DNA of 64,000 nt from Candidatus Collierbacteria bacterium UBA2277 (GCA_002347045.1 DDWV01000001.1:33553-97552); one strand, 5' to 3'. Positions 46,758 through 57,433 are shown, counted from the stretch's first letter. Translations and numbers: made by a program. Notes: generated by a model from the sequence alone, not told the origin.

Positions 46758-46850
46758 TGTGATTACCCCCCCCGATTATCAGGGGGGTTTTTTTATGGAT
46801 AAAATGCGACACTTATTTTGAATAGATGATTTGTGTGGTTTAATTAAGTA

Positions 46851-47285
46851 ATGCCCGGTGTATTAGGTCAGGTTGGTCAAAATATGGCCGACAATTTGTT
46901 GGAGATTGGTCAAAGCGCCGTGAAAGGAACGGCGAAGGCTTTGACAGATGTGGCCCATGAATCTATTGAACAGTTATCGGGATCTATACCTCAAGGTGTT
47001 GGTAGCTTGAGTAGTCCAAAGCCTCCAGAAGAAAATAGAGATATTTCAACAGAGCAGAGAAAGTTGGATGAGAAACGTAGATTTGAAGAGGTGCGTGGTG
47101 AGCTGGCACAGTATATACAATGGAAAAAAAGGATAGAACAACAGCGAATATCTGAAGAAAATGCTCAACGTTCTCAACAAGTGGAGCACAATAAAGCAGT
47201 AGAGAAAAAAGAGAAAGAGTCTTGGGTAAGTAGGATAATTAATCGATCACAAACTGGAACAGAAAAAGGTCGTTCTAGTGAGTAG
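46851..47285 (+). CDS. Hypothetical coiled-coil protein
   Basis: 144-aa ORF, Glu/Lys/Gln-rich. Confidence 0.4.
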   Translation: MPGVLGQVGQNMADNLLEIGQSAVKGTAKALTDVAHESIEQLSGSIPQGVGSLSSPKPPEENRDISTEQRKLDEKRRFEEVRGELAQYIQWKKRIEQQRISEENAQRSQQVEHNKAVEKKEKESWVSRIINRSQTGTEKGRSSE

Positions 47286-48761
47286 TTAAGGTAAGGGGGT
47301 GAGGTGGCTTCTTTCTACGACATGGGTAACTCCAAGAAGTTTTAAAGTGTTAATGTTTTCTTGGTTTAGACCTTCCTCGTTAATTTTTTGAACGGTTTCT
47401 ATCCAGTGATTGGTTGCAAAGCCAGAGAATCCACCGAATCGTCTATGTCTGTGAGACAGAGAGTAAATTGACCGAATCGACTCAATTTCATGTCCTTTAT
47501 CGTTCCAAAGTTTTATGGGCAGCTCAAGAATGATAGAGTTTGCTGGTAGAGTGGAAACTTGTTGATATATTTGAGGTGGGGTGATGTCTACTGGATAGGA
47601 AGTAATGGGTGGGGAAAGCTCGTATAGAAGGAGTGAAAGAATGAGAAGGCTGACAGTTATTTTCGTTTTGGTTTTTAATTTTACAAATAGTTTTTGAAGC
47701 GAGTAGCCAGAGATTATTGTGATGGCTAATAAAGTAAGAATAATGAAGCGACTGGGTGTGCGGAAGCCGGTAAACCCTGGAAAAAGATAGTAGAAAATAA
47801 AATATGGGAGTGGAATAGGGAGTCCGAGGACTTTGAGTGTGTTTCCAAATATTTTTATAACAGGGCCAAGAGACATGAGTAAGGAAAGGGTAAATAGAAA
47901 CCACCACGACTTTGATTTGGCAGAGATTCCTTTTACAAAAAGTGAGGAGAGTATGAAAATGACAAGACTCGTAGTTCCGTGGTATTTGGTAAATACTTCC
48001 TCTAGTCCTAGGGAAAAATGAGCGGCGTCATGAATTGATCTTTTGGCTTCAGGAAAAGTAAAGTGTAGTTTGAGATAGGGGAAGATTAGTATTATCCAGA
48101 GAGGAATAAAGAATAATAGTTTTGAAAGGATTTTTTTAATTTGAGATGGTTTTTGTAGAAAAAGAATGAAGGTTGTAAAGAAAATTAAGTAAACGGGGAA
48201 AATACTTTCTACGAGTTGGAGTGTGACGGTAATAAAAAACAGTGTAAGGAAATGAGAATTGTTTTCCTTTTGGAAACGTAAATAGAAGTAGATTGATAGA
48301 AGAAGTGACCATATATTAAACATTTGAAGATGGGGGAGATAGGAAAAGTGATATCCAGAGAGGGTGAGTAGAAGTGTAGTGATTATATTTAGCCAGGTAT
48401 TTTGAAAAATATAGTCAAAAAGAATGTAGGCTGACATAAATGTAAGCACAAAGCCAAGAATTAGAGATATGTTGAAAATGACTATAGGTGAAGAAGTGAG
48501 TAGGCGAAAAGGTAGTGTGATAAGAGAGGTGGTGATAAATGCATCGGAGTAGGAAAGGGTGTTTGTGTCGGGAGCGAAGAACGTTCCGTAAAAAAGAGGT
48601 TGGCGTAGTGTGATGTTTTGCTGGACTTGGCCAATGATGTAGCTAATTAGTCTGGTGTCGTTTGTGTCTGGAAGAGAGGTGTTGGAGCTTAGAAAGGCAG
48701 ATGGGTAGATAAAGAAAAATAGAGTAATAGAGGAGAGTACAAGAAAAAGGTACCGTTTCAT
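47286..48761 (-). CDS. Large polytopic membrane protein, hypothetical (possibly glycosyltransferase-like)
   Basis: 491 aa with >10 hydrophobic helices. Confidence 0.5.
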   Translation of the reverse strand: MKRYLFLVLSSITLFFFIYPSAFLSSNTSLPDTNDTRLISYIIGQVQQNITLRQPLFYGTFFAPDTNTLSYSDAFITTSLITLPFRLLTSSPIVIFNISLILGFVLTFMSAYILFDYIFQNTWLNIITTLLLTLSGYHFSYLPHLQMFNIWSLLLSIYFYLRFQKENNSHFLTLFFITVTLQLVESIFPVYLIFFTTFILFLQKPSQIKKILSKLLFFIPLWIILIFPYLKLHFTFPEAKRSIHDAAHFSLGLEEVFTKYHGTTSLVIFILSSLFVKGISAKSKSWWFLFTLSLLMSLGPVIKIFGNTLKVLGLPIPLPYFIFYYLFPGFTGFRTPSRFIILTLLAITIISGYSLQKLFVKLKTKTKITVSLLILSLLLYELSPPITSYPVDITPPQIYQQVSTLPANSIILELPIKLWNDKGHEIESIRSIYSLSHRHRRFGGFSGFATNHWIETVQKINEEGLNQENINTLKLLGVTHVVERSHLTPLP

Positions 48762-48791
48762 TTATCCAGAGTATAACAAAGTAGGTTAAAA

Positions 48792-50210
48792 TTGGGTTAT
48801 ATGCTACATCTATATAACAGTCTTACGAAAGAAATAGAAAATTTTGTCCCGATAAAAAAAGGAGAAGCGGGACTGTATGCATGTGGGCCAACAGTGTATG
48901 GTTATACCCATATTGGCCATGGGAGAAAGTATGTAACAGATGATGTGCTTAGGAGATTTTTGGAAGTTATTGAAGAGCTGAAAGTAGCCCACGTACAAAA
49001 CGTAACTGATGTGGGACACCTTGTGTCTGATGGCGATACAGGTGAAGACAAGATGGAGAAGGGTGCTGCTTTGTCTGGAAAGACGGTTTGGGAGGTGGCT
49101 GAGGAGTTTACTGAGTATTTTTATAAGGTGATGAAAGAGTTGAATGTATTAATGCCTGATGTGGTTTGTAAAGCAACGGACCATATTTCAGATCAGATAG
49201 CTCTTATTGAAAAAATTATCGCTAATGGCTATGGATATGACACACCCGAAGCGGTTTATTTTGATGTAACGAAGTTTGCTGACTATGGCAAGATGTTTAA
49301 TCAGAACTTTGATGACAAGGAAGTGGGTGTACGAGAAGAAGTTCAGACCGGGGAACACAAGAAACATCCGGCTGATTTTGTTTTGTGGTTTAAGAGAGTG
49401 GGGAAGTATAAAGATCATGTGATGCACTGGGCTAGCCCTTGGGGCGACGGGTTCCCTGGATGGCATATAGAGTGTTCTGCTATGAGTATGAAGTACTTAG
49501 GTGAGCAGTTTGATATACACACTGGAGGAGAAGACCATCTTCCTATTCATCATCCAAATGAAATTGCCCAAAGTGAAGCTGGTACAGGAAAAAAACCATT
49601 TGTGAAGTACTGGGTTCATACAACATTTTTAATGGTTGACGGAAAGAAGATGAGTAAAAGTTCGGGGAACTTATACAAGCTTACAGATTTAGCAGAAAAA
49701 GGTTTTTCGCCTTTGTCTTTGCGCTATTATTTTTTGACTACTCATTATCGGAAACAGATGAACTTTACTTGGGAGGGGATGGCTTCTGCTCAAACAGCTT
49801 TAACTAAATTAAACAAAATGGTAGTTGATCTTACTGATGTGCCGGTAACTGCCGATGGCTGGTCTGATGAAGGTAAACCATTCTATGAAAAATTTGTGTC
49901 GGTAATGGAAGATGACTTGAATACTTCTGTGGCTTTGTCTGTTGTTTGGGAAATGATGAAGAGTGATATAAGCGACTCGGCAAAGAAAAATTTGATCGTT
50001 TTAATGGACTCTGTTTTAGGATTGGATTTAGGTACTGAGCCAGAGAGTAATATAGGTATTCCAGACGAAATTAAGGAACTCTTAAAGAAGAGAGAAGAAG
50101 AAAGAAAAAATAAGAATTTTGCTGTTTCTGATATGTTGCGTGATGAAATTGAGGCAAAAGGGTACAAAGTGGAAGACTATGCTGATGGGGCGAAAGTGGT
50201 AAAGGTTTGA
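48792..50210 (+). CDS. cysS: Cysteinyl-tRNA synthetase
   Basis: HIGH motif (YTHIGHGR), KMSKS (KMSKSSGN), Cys-binding region; the start may be ATG at 48801 ([11 protein letters not shown]). Confidence 0.85.
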   Translation: MGYMLHLYNSLTKEIENFVPIKKGEAGLYACGPTVYGYTHIGHGRKYVTDDVLRRFLEVIEELKVAHVQNVTDVGHLVSDGDTGEDKMEKGAALSGKTVWEVAEEFTEYFYKVMKELNVLMPDVVCKATDHISDQIALIEKIIANGYGYDTPEAVYFDVTKFADYGKMFNQNFDDKEVGVREEVQTGEHKKHPADFVLWFKRVGKYKDHVMHWASPWGDGFPGWHIECSAMSMKYLGEQFDIHTGGEDHLPIHHPNEIAQSEAGTGKKPFVKYWVHTTFLMVDGKKMSKSSGNLYKLTDLAEKGFSPLSLRYYFLTTHYRKQMNFTWEGMASAQTALTKLNKMVVDLTDVPVTADGWSDEGKPFYEKFVSVMEDDLNTSVALSVVWEMMKSDISDSAKKNLIVLMDSVLGLDLGTEPESNIGIPDEIKELLKKREEERKNKNFAVSDMLRDEIEAKGYKVEDYADGAKVVKV

Positions 50211-50216
50211 CGAAAA

Positions 50217-50603
50217 CTAAACCTCGATAAATCCTTTTTCGAGATAATCAGGGAGTTCTGATAGGTTTATTAAAATGAAGCTGTAGTCTTCATCTTTTGT
50301 GTCATAAAAGACAAGCGTTTTGCCTATATTTTTTAGGTGAAGATTAGCTTTGTTCACGATGTCGATTGGTTTGGTTTCTGAGTCTAGGTTAAATTTGTAT
50401 TCTTTTCCTTCTATTGTTAAAGTCTCAATCCAGTCTCCAAGTACTTGTACTGCTTTTTCACCGTTTATATCAAGTGTGGGAATTATTTCCTTTATATTGA
50501 ATGCTACGTCTTCTGCTCCAAAGTCCCAGTCGACAGCAAAAGCCTTCTTATTTTTCTGAGCTTCGTCAAATATCTTTCCTTGTTCTGATTGTGATAGTAT
50601 CAT
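50217..50603 (-). CDS. Hypothetical acidic cytoplasmic protein
   Basis: 128-aa ORF. Confidence 0.45.
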   Translation of the reverse strand: MILSQSEQGKIFDEAQKNKKAFAVDWDFGAEDVAFNIKEIIPTLDINGEKAVQVLGDWIETLTIEGKEYKFNLDSETKPIDIVNKANLHLKNIGKTLVFYDTKDEDYSFILINLSELPDYLEKGFIEV

Positions 50604-50688
50604 TGTGAAATTATTATACTTCTAATGATACTTTTCTTAGGTATTTGGAAATTTTGAAAGGTCGATGTGAACAAGAGAAAAGGGGATT

Positions 50689-51264
50689 ATGCTAGACTTA
50701 TTTATGAGCTTTAAAAGGCCTTATGTAATAATTCTGCTAATCCCTTTGTTTTGGTCTGTGTGGCAAATTTATGGTTTGCTTGATGGTTCGAAACCACGTG
50801 TGCTTGCTGTAACGACATCTAAAACAAAGACAACAGATGAGAGAGTGGCTTCTCTGGAGTATAGAGTTGCTGTTTTGGAGAAAAATGCAGGGGTTGGATA
50901 CTATGCTTCAAGTAAAACGACTGAGTCTTTTGTTTCACTTTCTGGAGGTAGTATTAGTAGTTTTGGGTGGTCTAAGATCTCTGGAACTGATTTTTATCTG
51001 GACACTTCTTTGTATGGGAAGACTGTAGAAGTATCGTGGCAAGGGTGGTTGGAAGGTGGTTCGGGTGGTGTTCGTTTGTATGACGCAACCAATCATCGCG
51101 CAGTAGATTTTAGTGAGATAATTTCTGGGGGAAATGATAAGAGAAGTTTTTATACAAAAGCTGTTTCGATATGGAGAGGGCAGAACCAGTACTATATAGA
51201 AGGTAAAACTACTGGTGGAGTAATTAATCTATCATCTCCTCGATTGAGAATTGTTGCGAAATGA
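50689..51264 (+). CDS. Hypothetical membrane-anchored secreted protein
   Basis: 191 aa, N-terminal TM/signal anchor. Confidence 0.45.
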   Translation: MLDLFMSFKRPYVIILLIPLFWSVWQIYGLLDGSKPRVLAVTTSKTKTTDERVASLEYRVAVLEKNAGVGYYASSKTTESFVSLSGGSISSFGWSKISGTDFYLDTSLYGKTVEVSWQGWLEGGSGGVRLYDATNHRAVDFSEIISGGNDKRSFYTKAVSIWRGQNQYYIEGKTTGGVINLSSPRLRIVAK

Positions 51265-51512
51265 AACCATGGACAGTTTATTTGGTGAAATGTAGCGACG
51301 AGAGCTTGTATACAGGAATTTCAAATGATGTAGAAAAGAGAGTTAAAGCTCACAACCTTGGTAAAGGGGCTCGTTATACTAGAGGTAGGGCGCCTGTAAA
51401 GATAGTTTTTTCAGAGGAGTGTGAAGATAAAAGCAAGGCTTTGATAAGAGAAGCTGAAATTAAGAAAATGAATAGAAAGCAAAAATTGTCGTTAGTTGAT
51501 AAATGTTTATAA
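51261..51512 (+). CDS. GIY-YIG nuclease family protein (UPF0213-like)
   Basis: VYLVKCSDESLYTGISNDVEKRVKAHNLGKGARYT resembles the GIY-YIG core; 83 aa. Confidence 0.6.
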   Translation: MKPWTVYLVKCSDESLYTGISNDVEKRVKAHNLGKGARYTRGRAPVKIVFSEECEDKSKALIREAEIKKMNRKQKLSLVDKCL

Positions 51513-51573
51513 ATTAGATTAATGTCAGAATTTTTATGGCTAAATTTGGTTTGTAATGCGATAATATGAGCAT

Positions 51574-52620
51574 ATGTCACTTAAAGTGGGAATTGTTGGT
51601 TTGCCAAACGTAGGGAAGTCTACTTTGTTTAATGCGCTTTTAAAGCGTCAGCAGGCTTTGGTTGCAAATTACCCATTTGCGACGATAGAGCCTAATGTAG
51701 GCATAGTAGAAGTGCCTGACGAGAGATTAAATGTACTGTCTGAGATATCTAGTAGTAAAAAACAAGTTCCAGCAACTGTTGAGTTTGTAGATATTGCCGG
51801 TTTGGTGGCTGGTGCTGCTAGTGGAGCTGGTTTGGGAAATAAATTTCTAACTCATGTTCGAGAAGTGGATGTGATATTGCAGGTGCTGCGTGATTTTGAT
51901 GATTCTGAAATAGTAAAAGAGGGGAGTGTAGACCCAAAAACTGATTATGAAGTAATTGAGACAGAACTGATTTTGAAAGACCTTGAGACAGTTACGAAAA
52001 CCCTAGAAAGTAAAGAAACAAAAGCAAAAGGAGCAGAGAAGAAAAGGGGAGTGGTAGAAAAACTTTTTGCTGGTCTCAATGAGGGTAAATCGGCCAGGGA
52101 GATACTGGTTTCTGATGAGGAAAGAGAGCTTGCAAGGGATTTATTCTTGTTAACTAGTAAAAAAGAGATTAAGGTTTACAACGTGGGCGAGGGAGATGAA
52201 AGATTGCGACAGCCTATGGGGGAAAATTTATATATTTGTGCCAAGATTGAGTCTGAGCTGTCGAGTTTGGCCGAAGATGACGCAAGAATTTATATGGAAG
52301 AACTGGGAATCAAGCAGAGTGGCTTGGATTTGCTTATAAAAATGGCTTATCGTGAGCTGGGACTTATTTCTTTTCTTACGACAGGGGAGATGGAAAGCAG
52401 GGCTTGGACGATTACAAAGGGATCAAAAGCTCCGCGGGCAGCTGGAGTGATTCATACCGACTTTGAAAAAAAGTTTATTAAGGCTAAGGTGTGTGATTAT
52501 GAAAAGTTTGTAAGTGCTGGTGGTTGGAAAGATGCCTCTGAGAAGGGTTGGGTAAGATTTGAAGGGAAGGAATACGAGATGAAAGATGGAGATGTGGTGG
52601 AGTTTATGATCGGCTCTTAA
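51574..52620 (+). CDS. ychF: Ribosome-binding ATPase YchF (Obg-family GTPase)
   Basis: G1 GIVGLPNVGKSTLFNAL, G3 DIAGLV, C-terminal TGS domain; 348 aa. Confidence 0.85.
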   Translation: MSLKVGIVGLPNVGKSTLFNALLKRQQALVANYPFATIEPNVGIVEVPDERLNVLSEISSSKKQVPATVEFVDIAGLVAGAASGAGLGNKFLTHVREVDVILQVLRDFDDSEIVKEGSVDPKTDYEVIETELILKDLETVTKTLESKETKAKGAEKKRGVVEKLFAGLNEGKSAREILVSDEERELARDLFLLTSKKEIKVYNVGEGDERLRQPMGENLYICAKIESELSSLAEDDARIYMEELGIKQSGLDLLIKMAYRELGLISFLTTGEMESRAWTITKGSKAPRAAGVIHTDFEKKFIKAKVCDYEKFVSAGGWKDASEKGWVRFEGKEYEMKDGDVVEFMIGS

Positions 52621-52670
52621 AACTAGTATCTCTCAGGGTTTTTGTGGCTATTTGTGATACAATATCTTGT

Positions 52671-52772
52671 TATAAGAGCTTGCTCGTTTTCTTTTCAATA
52701 TTTGATTATCGAAATATTCAAACTGCGCTTCCTCTTATAATCGCTCATAACTTCGTTATGATGCTTGATTAT
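52671..52772 (+). repeat. Dispersed structured intergenic repeat, copy E (type 2)
   Basis: TATAAGAGCTTGCTCG; AT-rich hairpin AATATTT-GATTATCG-AAATATT; CTGCGCTTCCTCTTATAATCGCTCATAACTTCGTTATGATGCTTGATTAT. Lies upstream of rpsF. Confidence 0.75.
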
Positions 52773-52826
52773 TAAAAGAACCAAAAAAAGGTGAGAAAAA
52801 CAAAGACAACCGAAACAAAACCGTCC

Positions 52827-53108
52827 ATGGGCTCAGTAAATAAATACGAGCTTGTTGTCATTTATCCAGTGTCCGAGAATGAAATCGGTGCAGAAAAGGC
52901 AATTACAGAAAAGTGCAAAAAACGCGCTTTGAAAGTGATTGACATTGATAAGTGGGGAACAAAGACCATGGCTTACGAAATTAAAAAACAGAGTAAGGGA
53001 TACTATCTGAAGCTTAATCTCGAAGGATCTCCATCTAGTGTAAAAGAGTTGGAACGAGACTTGCAGATGGACGATAAAATGTTAAGATTTTTATTGATTA
53101 GGATTTAA
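52827..53108 (+). CDS. rpsF: 30S ribosomal protein S6
   Basis: ORF 52791..; internal ATG at 52827 (MGSVNKYELVVIYPVSE...KWGTKTMAYEIKK) fits the S6 N-terminus. Confidence 0.75.
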   Translation: MGSVNKYELVVIYPVSENEIGAEKAITEKCKKRALKVIDIDKWGTKTMAYEIKKQSKGYYLKLNLEGSPSSVKELERDLQMDDKMLRFLLIRI

Positions 53109-53124
53109 CAAAACAGGAGGTAAT

Positions 53125-53637
53125 ATGAGTACAAGAAGTTTAAACAAAGTAACATTAATTGGTAATTTAACTCGTGACCCTGAGTTGAAATATACTCCTT
53201 CAGGCACTGCAGTTTGTACATTTGGTTTGGCGACAAATCGTGAGTGGACTGACTCAGCGGGTCAGAAACAAGAGGGGGCAGAGTTTCATCGTATTGTGGC
53301 TTGGGGTAAGCTTGGTGAGATTTGTTCTCAACTAATGAGTAAGGGCCGAAAGGTATATGTTGAGGGCCGTTTGCAAACAAGAGCTTGGAAGAGTCAAGAT
53401 GGTGCAGATAGACAAGTAACAGAGATAGTTATAGAAGAGATGATTCTTTTGGATTCACCAAAAGGTGATCGAGATGAAGGATATGAAAGTAGATTTACAT
53501 CGAATGAATCAGGGTCTCCTTTGTCTGATGTATCACCTGCAGAGGAAGTTTTTAATCCTATTGCTGATGTTGATGAAGAACCAAAAAAACCTTCAAAGAA
53601 AAATGAGGTAAATGAAGATGACGAAATACCTTTTTAA
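53125..53637 (+). CDS. ssb: Single-stranded DNA-binding protein
   Basis: OB-fold N-terminus (NKVTLIGNLTRDPELKYTPSG...), acidic tail ending DDEIPF; 170 aa. Confidence 0.85.
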   Translation: MSTRSLNKVTLIGNLTRDPELKYTPSGTAVCTFGLATNREWTDSAGQKQEGAEFHRIVAWGKLGEICSQLMSKGRKVYVEGRLQTRAWKSQDGADRQVTEIVIEEMILLDSPKGDRDEGYESRFTSNESGSPLSDVSPAEEVFNPIADVDEEPKKPSKKNEVNEDDEIPF

Positions 53638-53652
53638 GTAATTAGTACTCCG

Positions 53653-53910
53653 TTGAAAGCGGATTTAATACAAAATAGAATGATCAAAAAAAAGAAAATC
53701 AAAAAATCAAGCAAGCCTTGTCCTTTTTGCGCAAAAAAGAGTGAACCAAATTATATAGATTTGGAGTCATTGGCAATTGGGGTTTCCAACAAAAAGAGAA
53801 TTGTTTCTCGTTGGACAACTGGAGTTTGTGAAAAGCATCAGTTGAGATTGGCTCGGGCAATCAAGCGTGCGAGACATCTTGCTCTTTTGCCAGTAACAGA
53901 CAGAGTTTAA
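53653..53910 (+). CDS. rpsR: 30S ribosomal protein S18
   Basis: CPFCAK...YIDLESL...RLARAIKRARHLALLP matches the S18 family; rpsF-ssb-rpsR order. Confidence 0.75.
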   Translation: MKADLIQNRMIKKKKIKKSSKPCPFCAKKSEPNYIDLESLAIGVSNKKRIVSRWTTGVCEKHQLRLARAIKRARHLALLPVTDRV

Positions 53911-53931
53911 TTAACAATTTTTATTCAGATT

Positions 53932-55143
53932 TTGCCCATGAACCTAAAAAGGATTAGGAGATTACTTGTTGGTATTTTGTTTACGGGGTTTTGTTTTCTG
54001 GGGGGTTATAGGTATGGTGTGTGGCAAACTGAAAAATTTAATAGCTCCAGAGTTAGCCTGAACACCAGTTCGATGAATGAAGTTTTGGAGCGTTTAAAGG
54101 CCAGCTATTTGAAGCCTGAGGATATTGATAACTCTAAGTTGATGTATGGTGCAACTGAGGGAATGACAAATTCACTAGGTGACCCATACACAAATTTCTT
54201 TCCGCCTGTAGATAACACTCGCTCAAAAGAAGATTTATCGGGTGAGTTTGGTGGAGTTGGAATTGAGCTTGGGTATATAGATAAGACGTTGGCTGTGATT
54301 GCTCCAATAAAGGATAGTCCAGCCATGAAAGCAGGAATTAGGGCAGGGGATTTGATACTCAGTATTAAGGATACGGAAAACGGAGTGGACAAAGATACAT
54401 TAGGAATTTCGATTACTGATGCGGTAAATTTAATTCGAGGAAAAAAAGGTAGTACTGTGACACTGAGTATTTTTAGAGAAGGAGATATGGAGTCGAAGGA
54501 TATTGATTTAGTTCGTGACACAATTACTGTTCCGTCTACTAATCTTGAGTGGGTAAATAATGGAAAGGTGGCTCATGTGACTGTGAGTAAGTTTGGAGAA
54601 AAAACTCTACCGGAATGGGAAAAGATAGTTAATGAGATTGTTGCAAAAGGAGCTACCGGTGTGGTGCTTGACCTTAGAAATAACCCAGGTGGATTTCTTC
54701 AAAGAGCTGTAGACTTAGGTAGTGAGTTTATTTCTAACGGTGTGATTGTAAAACAAAGAGATAAAACAAGAACGGAAGTTATGAATGTTGATAGAAGGGG
54801 AAAGTTAATTGGAATGCCTTTGGTTGTCCTTGTAAATCGTGGTTCGGCATCTGCCTCTGAGATTTTGGCCGGTGCGTTGCGAGAGCGAATTGGAACAAAG
54901 TTGGTAGGAGAGAAAAGTTTTGGAAAAGGAACGGTCCAAGAAGCACAGGAGTTGCCAGATGGCTCTGGTTTGCATGTAACTGTAGCTGAGTGGCTTTTAC
55001 CTTCAGGTAAAAATATTCATGGCGATGGATTGGAGCCTGATATTGAGGTAGCCTATGTTTATGATGAAAAAAACCCAAAAGCTGACAGTCAGCTGGATAA
55101 GGCTTTGGAGGTTCTTGGGGGAGTTATTGCTTCTGTAAAATGA
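53932..55143 (+). CDS. ctp: Carboxyl-terminal processing protease (S41) with PDZ domain
   Basis: PDZ region (GDLILSIKDT...), S41 catalytic region VVLVNRGSASASEILAG...; N-terminal TM; 403 aa. Confidence 0.8.
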   Translation: MPMNLKRIRRLLVGILFTGFCFLGGYRYGVWQTEKFNSSRVSLNTSSMNEVLERLKASYLKPEDIDNSKLMYGATEGMTNSLGDPYTNFFPPVDNTRSKEDLSGEFGGVGIELGYIDKTLAVIAPIKDSPAMKAGIRAGDLILSIKDTENGVDKDTLGISITDAVNLIRGKKGSTVTLSIFREGDMESKDIDLVRDTITVPSTNLEWVNNGKVAHVTVSKFGEKTLPEWEKIVNEIVAKGATGVVLDLRNNPGGFLQRAVDLGSEFISNGVIVKQRDKTRTEVMNVDRRGKLIGMPLVVLVNRGSASASEILAGALRERIGTKLVGEKSFGKGTVQEAQELPDGSGLHVTVAEWLLPSGKNIHGDGLEPDIEVAYVYDEKNPKADSQLDKALEVLGGVIASVK

Positions 55144-55145
55144 TA

Positions 55146-55180
55146 TAAAAACCCCCGCCTTTTTCAGGCGGGGAGAGGAA
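55146..55180. terminator. Bidirectional terminator after ctp(+) and the 55182..55436(-) gene
   Basis: CCCCGCC-TTTTTCA-GGCGGGG with A-run upstream; reverse orientation gives hairpin+UUUUUA. Confidence 0.55.
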
Positions 55181-55181
55181 G

Positions 55182-55436
55182 TTATTTCCCTTTGTTTTTT
55201 CTTTCTATGTACCACTTAGAGATGTATGCTGTAATGATGGGGAGAGCTATTTCGTCGATTAGCGGAATTGGGTCTACAATGAACAGATCAAGAATCCAAA
55301 TTCCAAAGAGCAGAAAAACACTGACGATGATTACCCAGTCTTGGTTGCTTGATGGAATGCTGTTTACAATTTTTAGAAAAATTCTTGAAAAAAAGTTTAA
55401 TTTTTTTTCGGTTTCACCTACAGGATTTTGTTCCAT
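55182..55436 (-). CDS. Small membrane protein, hypothetical
   Basis: 84-aa ORF with two hydrophobic segments. Confidence 0.35.
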   Translation of the reverse strand: MEQNPVGETEKKLNFFSRIFLKIVNSIPSSNQDWVIIVSVFLLFGIWILDLFIVDPIPLIDEIALPIITAYISKWYIERKNKGK

Positions 55437-55456
55437 ATTTCTCCTTTTGTTTTAGA

Positions 55457-55488
55457 AAATCCGCCCGAGATTAGTCGGGCGGTTGGGG
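55457..55488 (-). terminator. Rho-independent terminator for the 55497..56039(-) gene
   Basis: CCGCCCGAC-TAATC-TCGGGCGG followed by ATTTT on the minus strand. Confidence 0.5.
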
Positions 55489-55496
55489 AAAGATAG

Positions 55497-56039
55497 CTAT
55501 TTTACAAGCAGGGCGGCATCAGGTTTCTGTTTGATAATTTTTTCCCATTCTTCAGGTAATGAGTCCTTAATGCCCTGGAGAATTTCGACTGCTACTTTTT
55601 GCCAGTCTATGCTGGAAAAGTCATTAAATAGTTTTCCTGTTTCACCATATACCGGCAGTGCATCAATAACCTTGCCAATTTTTTCGGTCATTTCTTCATA
55701 CTTTTCAGAAAATTTCATGAAAATTTCGGCAAATTTTTTCTTAAAGTCGGGGTCGTAGAATACGAGCTGGGCGATTTTTGTGATGTCATCTTCATCCACG
55801 GGAATCACTTCATACCTGTCGAAAAAGGTACTGTATGTTACCATGATAGAGACGTCTTTCATGAGGAAAAGATAATTTTCGCTAACAGTTACGATTTCAG
55901 AGAGGCTTGGTGCAATATCAACCTTTGTCAGTTTTGTATACACAGGTAGTATATATTCCTGTTTTCCATCTCCGACACTGGAAATAAATGTTTTTTCTTC
56001 AACTTCCAAAACTGCGATACCCTTCATACTGAATTTCAT
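55497..56039 (-). CDS. Hypothetical protein
   Basis: 180-aa ORF. Confidence 0.45.
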   Translation of the reverse strand: MKFSMKGIAVLEVEEKTFISSVGDGKQEYILPVYTKLTKVDIAPSLSEIVTVSENYLFLMKDVSIMVTYSTFFDRYEVIPVDEDDITKIAQLVFYDPDFKKKFAEIFMKFSEKYEEMTEKIGKVIDALPVYGETGKLFNDFSSIDWQKVAVEILQGIKDSLPEEWEKIIKQKPDAALLVK

Positions 56040-56122
56040 TTAATTTTCTCCTGGGGATAGTTTTTGGATACACAATGATATGTGAATGTTCTACTGCGGG
56101 TATTTTATCTTATAAAACGCAA

Positions 56123-57049
56123 TTATTCAAGTTTGGCGAACTCGGATAGTGTAAATTCTAGGACATTTGTAAGATCTCCTTCGAGGACATCTTTGAGGTT
56201 GTGCCATGACTTGTTGAGTCGGTGATCTGTAAGTCTGTTTTGAGGAAAGTTGTATGTTTTTATTTTTTCTGCACGAGAGCCACTTCCGATGGCCTTTGAT
56301 CGTTTGTCTGATAGGCTTCCAAGACGTTTGTCTTCTTCTAGCTGCCACAGTTTTGAACGGAGTATTTGAAGGGCAATTTCTTTGTTTCTAACTTGATATC
56401 TTTCTTCTCTGACAAAAGTGATTATGCCTGTTGGAATATGGGTAAGTCGTACTGCTGTACTTACTTTGTTTACGTTTTGACCTCCTGGTCCTCCTGCTCT
56501 AGTAAACTGCCAGTCTAGGTCGGCGTCATTGATCACAATTTGATTTGATTTTACTTCCGGAAGCACAGCTATTGTAGCGGTACTAGTGTGAATTCTTCCT
56601 TGGCTTTCTGTTTCTGGCACACGCTGAACTCTATGAACTCCTGACTCATACTGGAAGGTTTCGTATGCTCCATGATTCCAAAGACTTCTGTTTGGTTTGG
56701 AAATTTTTATTACTCCATCATCGATAGACTCAACGGTAAAGCCTTTGGTTTCGGCAAAACGAGAGTACATTCGTAGAATATCTCCAGCAAATAATTTTGA
56801 TTCGTCTCCACCGGCAGCTCCACGAACTTCGATGATAGCAGGGGAGTCGTTGAAATTTTCTGAGGCTTCTTCCTCCTCTTCGTCTTTTATGGTAACGGCA
56901 CTGCTTTCGAGGGATTGAATTTGCTTTTTTAGTTTTTCAACTTCCATTTTAGCTAATGATCCTAAGTCAGGATCGTTGACTAAGGCTTCGTTGGCTTTAA
57001 TCTCGTTTTCTATACGAGAAATTTCTGATGCTAAATACGGATTATCCAT
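56123..57049 (-). CDS. prfA: Peptide chain release factor 1
   Basis: GGQ motif (AGGPGGQNVNKV), RF1-type PxT-region context (GVHRVQRVPETESQGRIHTS), YNFPQNRLTDHRL; short N-terminus (308 aa). Confidence 0.8.
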   Translation of the reverse strand: MDNPYLASEISRIENEIKANEALVNDPDLGSLAKMEVEKLKKQIQSLESSAVTIKDEEEEEASENFNDSPAIIEVRGAAGGDESKLFAGDILRMYSRFAETKGFTVESIDDGVIKISKPNRSLWNHGAYETFQYESGVHRVQRVPETESQGRIHTSTATIAVLPEVKSNQIVINDADLDWQFTRAGGPGGQNVNKVSTAVRLTHIPTGIITFVREERYQVRNKEIALQILRSKLWQLEEDKRLGSLSDKRSKAIGSGSRAEKIKTYNFPQNRLTDHRLNKSWHNLKDVLEGDLTNVLEFTLSEFAKLE

Positions 57050-57103
57050 AGTTTAGTCTAAACTATTATTTGATGAAAAGTCTGCTTTTAAGGCAGGTTT
57101 GAC

Positions 57104-57433
57104 CTACTCTGATTTTGCTTCTTCGGTGACAGACGATTTTGCTTCTGCTTTTTTCTTGGCGTCTAGCATTTCTTTAAGAGTTTTAGGTGTTGTGTCGGTG
57201 TCTTTTTTAAGCTTGTCTTTTTTGACATATCCGGAGGCAGCTTTTCGTTTGGCAATGAATTTGTCTACTCTTCCCATGGAATCAATGAATCTTTGTGTGC
57301 CAGTGAAGAAAGGGTGACACTTGTCACAAACATCTACTTGTAAGGTTGTACTTGTACCGCCGACGGTAAATTTGTTGCCGCATGCGCAGGTGACAGCTGT
57401 CTCTTGGTATTGTGGATGAATATTCTGTTTCAT
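57104..57433 (-). CDS. rpmE: 50S ribosomal protein L31 with Lys-rich C-terminal extension
   Basis: MKQNIHPQYQETAVTCACGNKF...VCDKCHPFFTG (L31 Cys4 core). Confidence 0.75.
   Translation of the reverse strand: MKQNIHPQYQETAVTCACGNKFTVGGTSTTLQVDVCDKCHPFFTGTQRFIDSMGRVDKFIAKRKAASGYVKKDKLKKDTDTTPKTLKEMLDAKKKAEAKSSVTEEAKSE

Noticed and set aside
52737-52760. CATAACTTCGTTATG hairpin in the repeat family resembling the loxP arm (ATAACTTCGTATA)
   Set aside because: Only 10-11 nt are similar, there is no 8-bp spacer plus inverted arm architecture, and no Cre-like recombinase is nearby. It is most likely coincidence.
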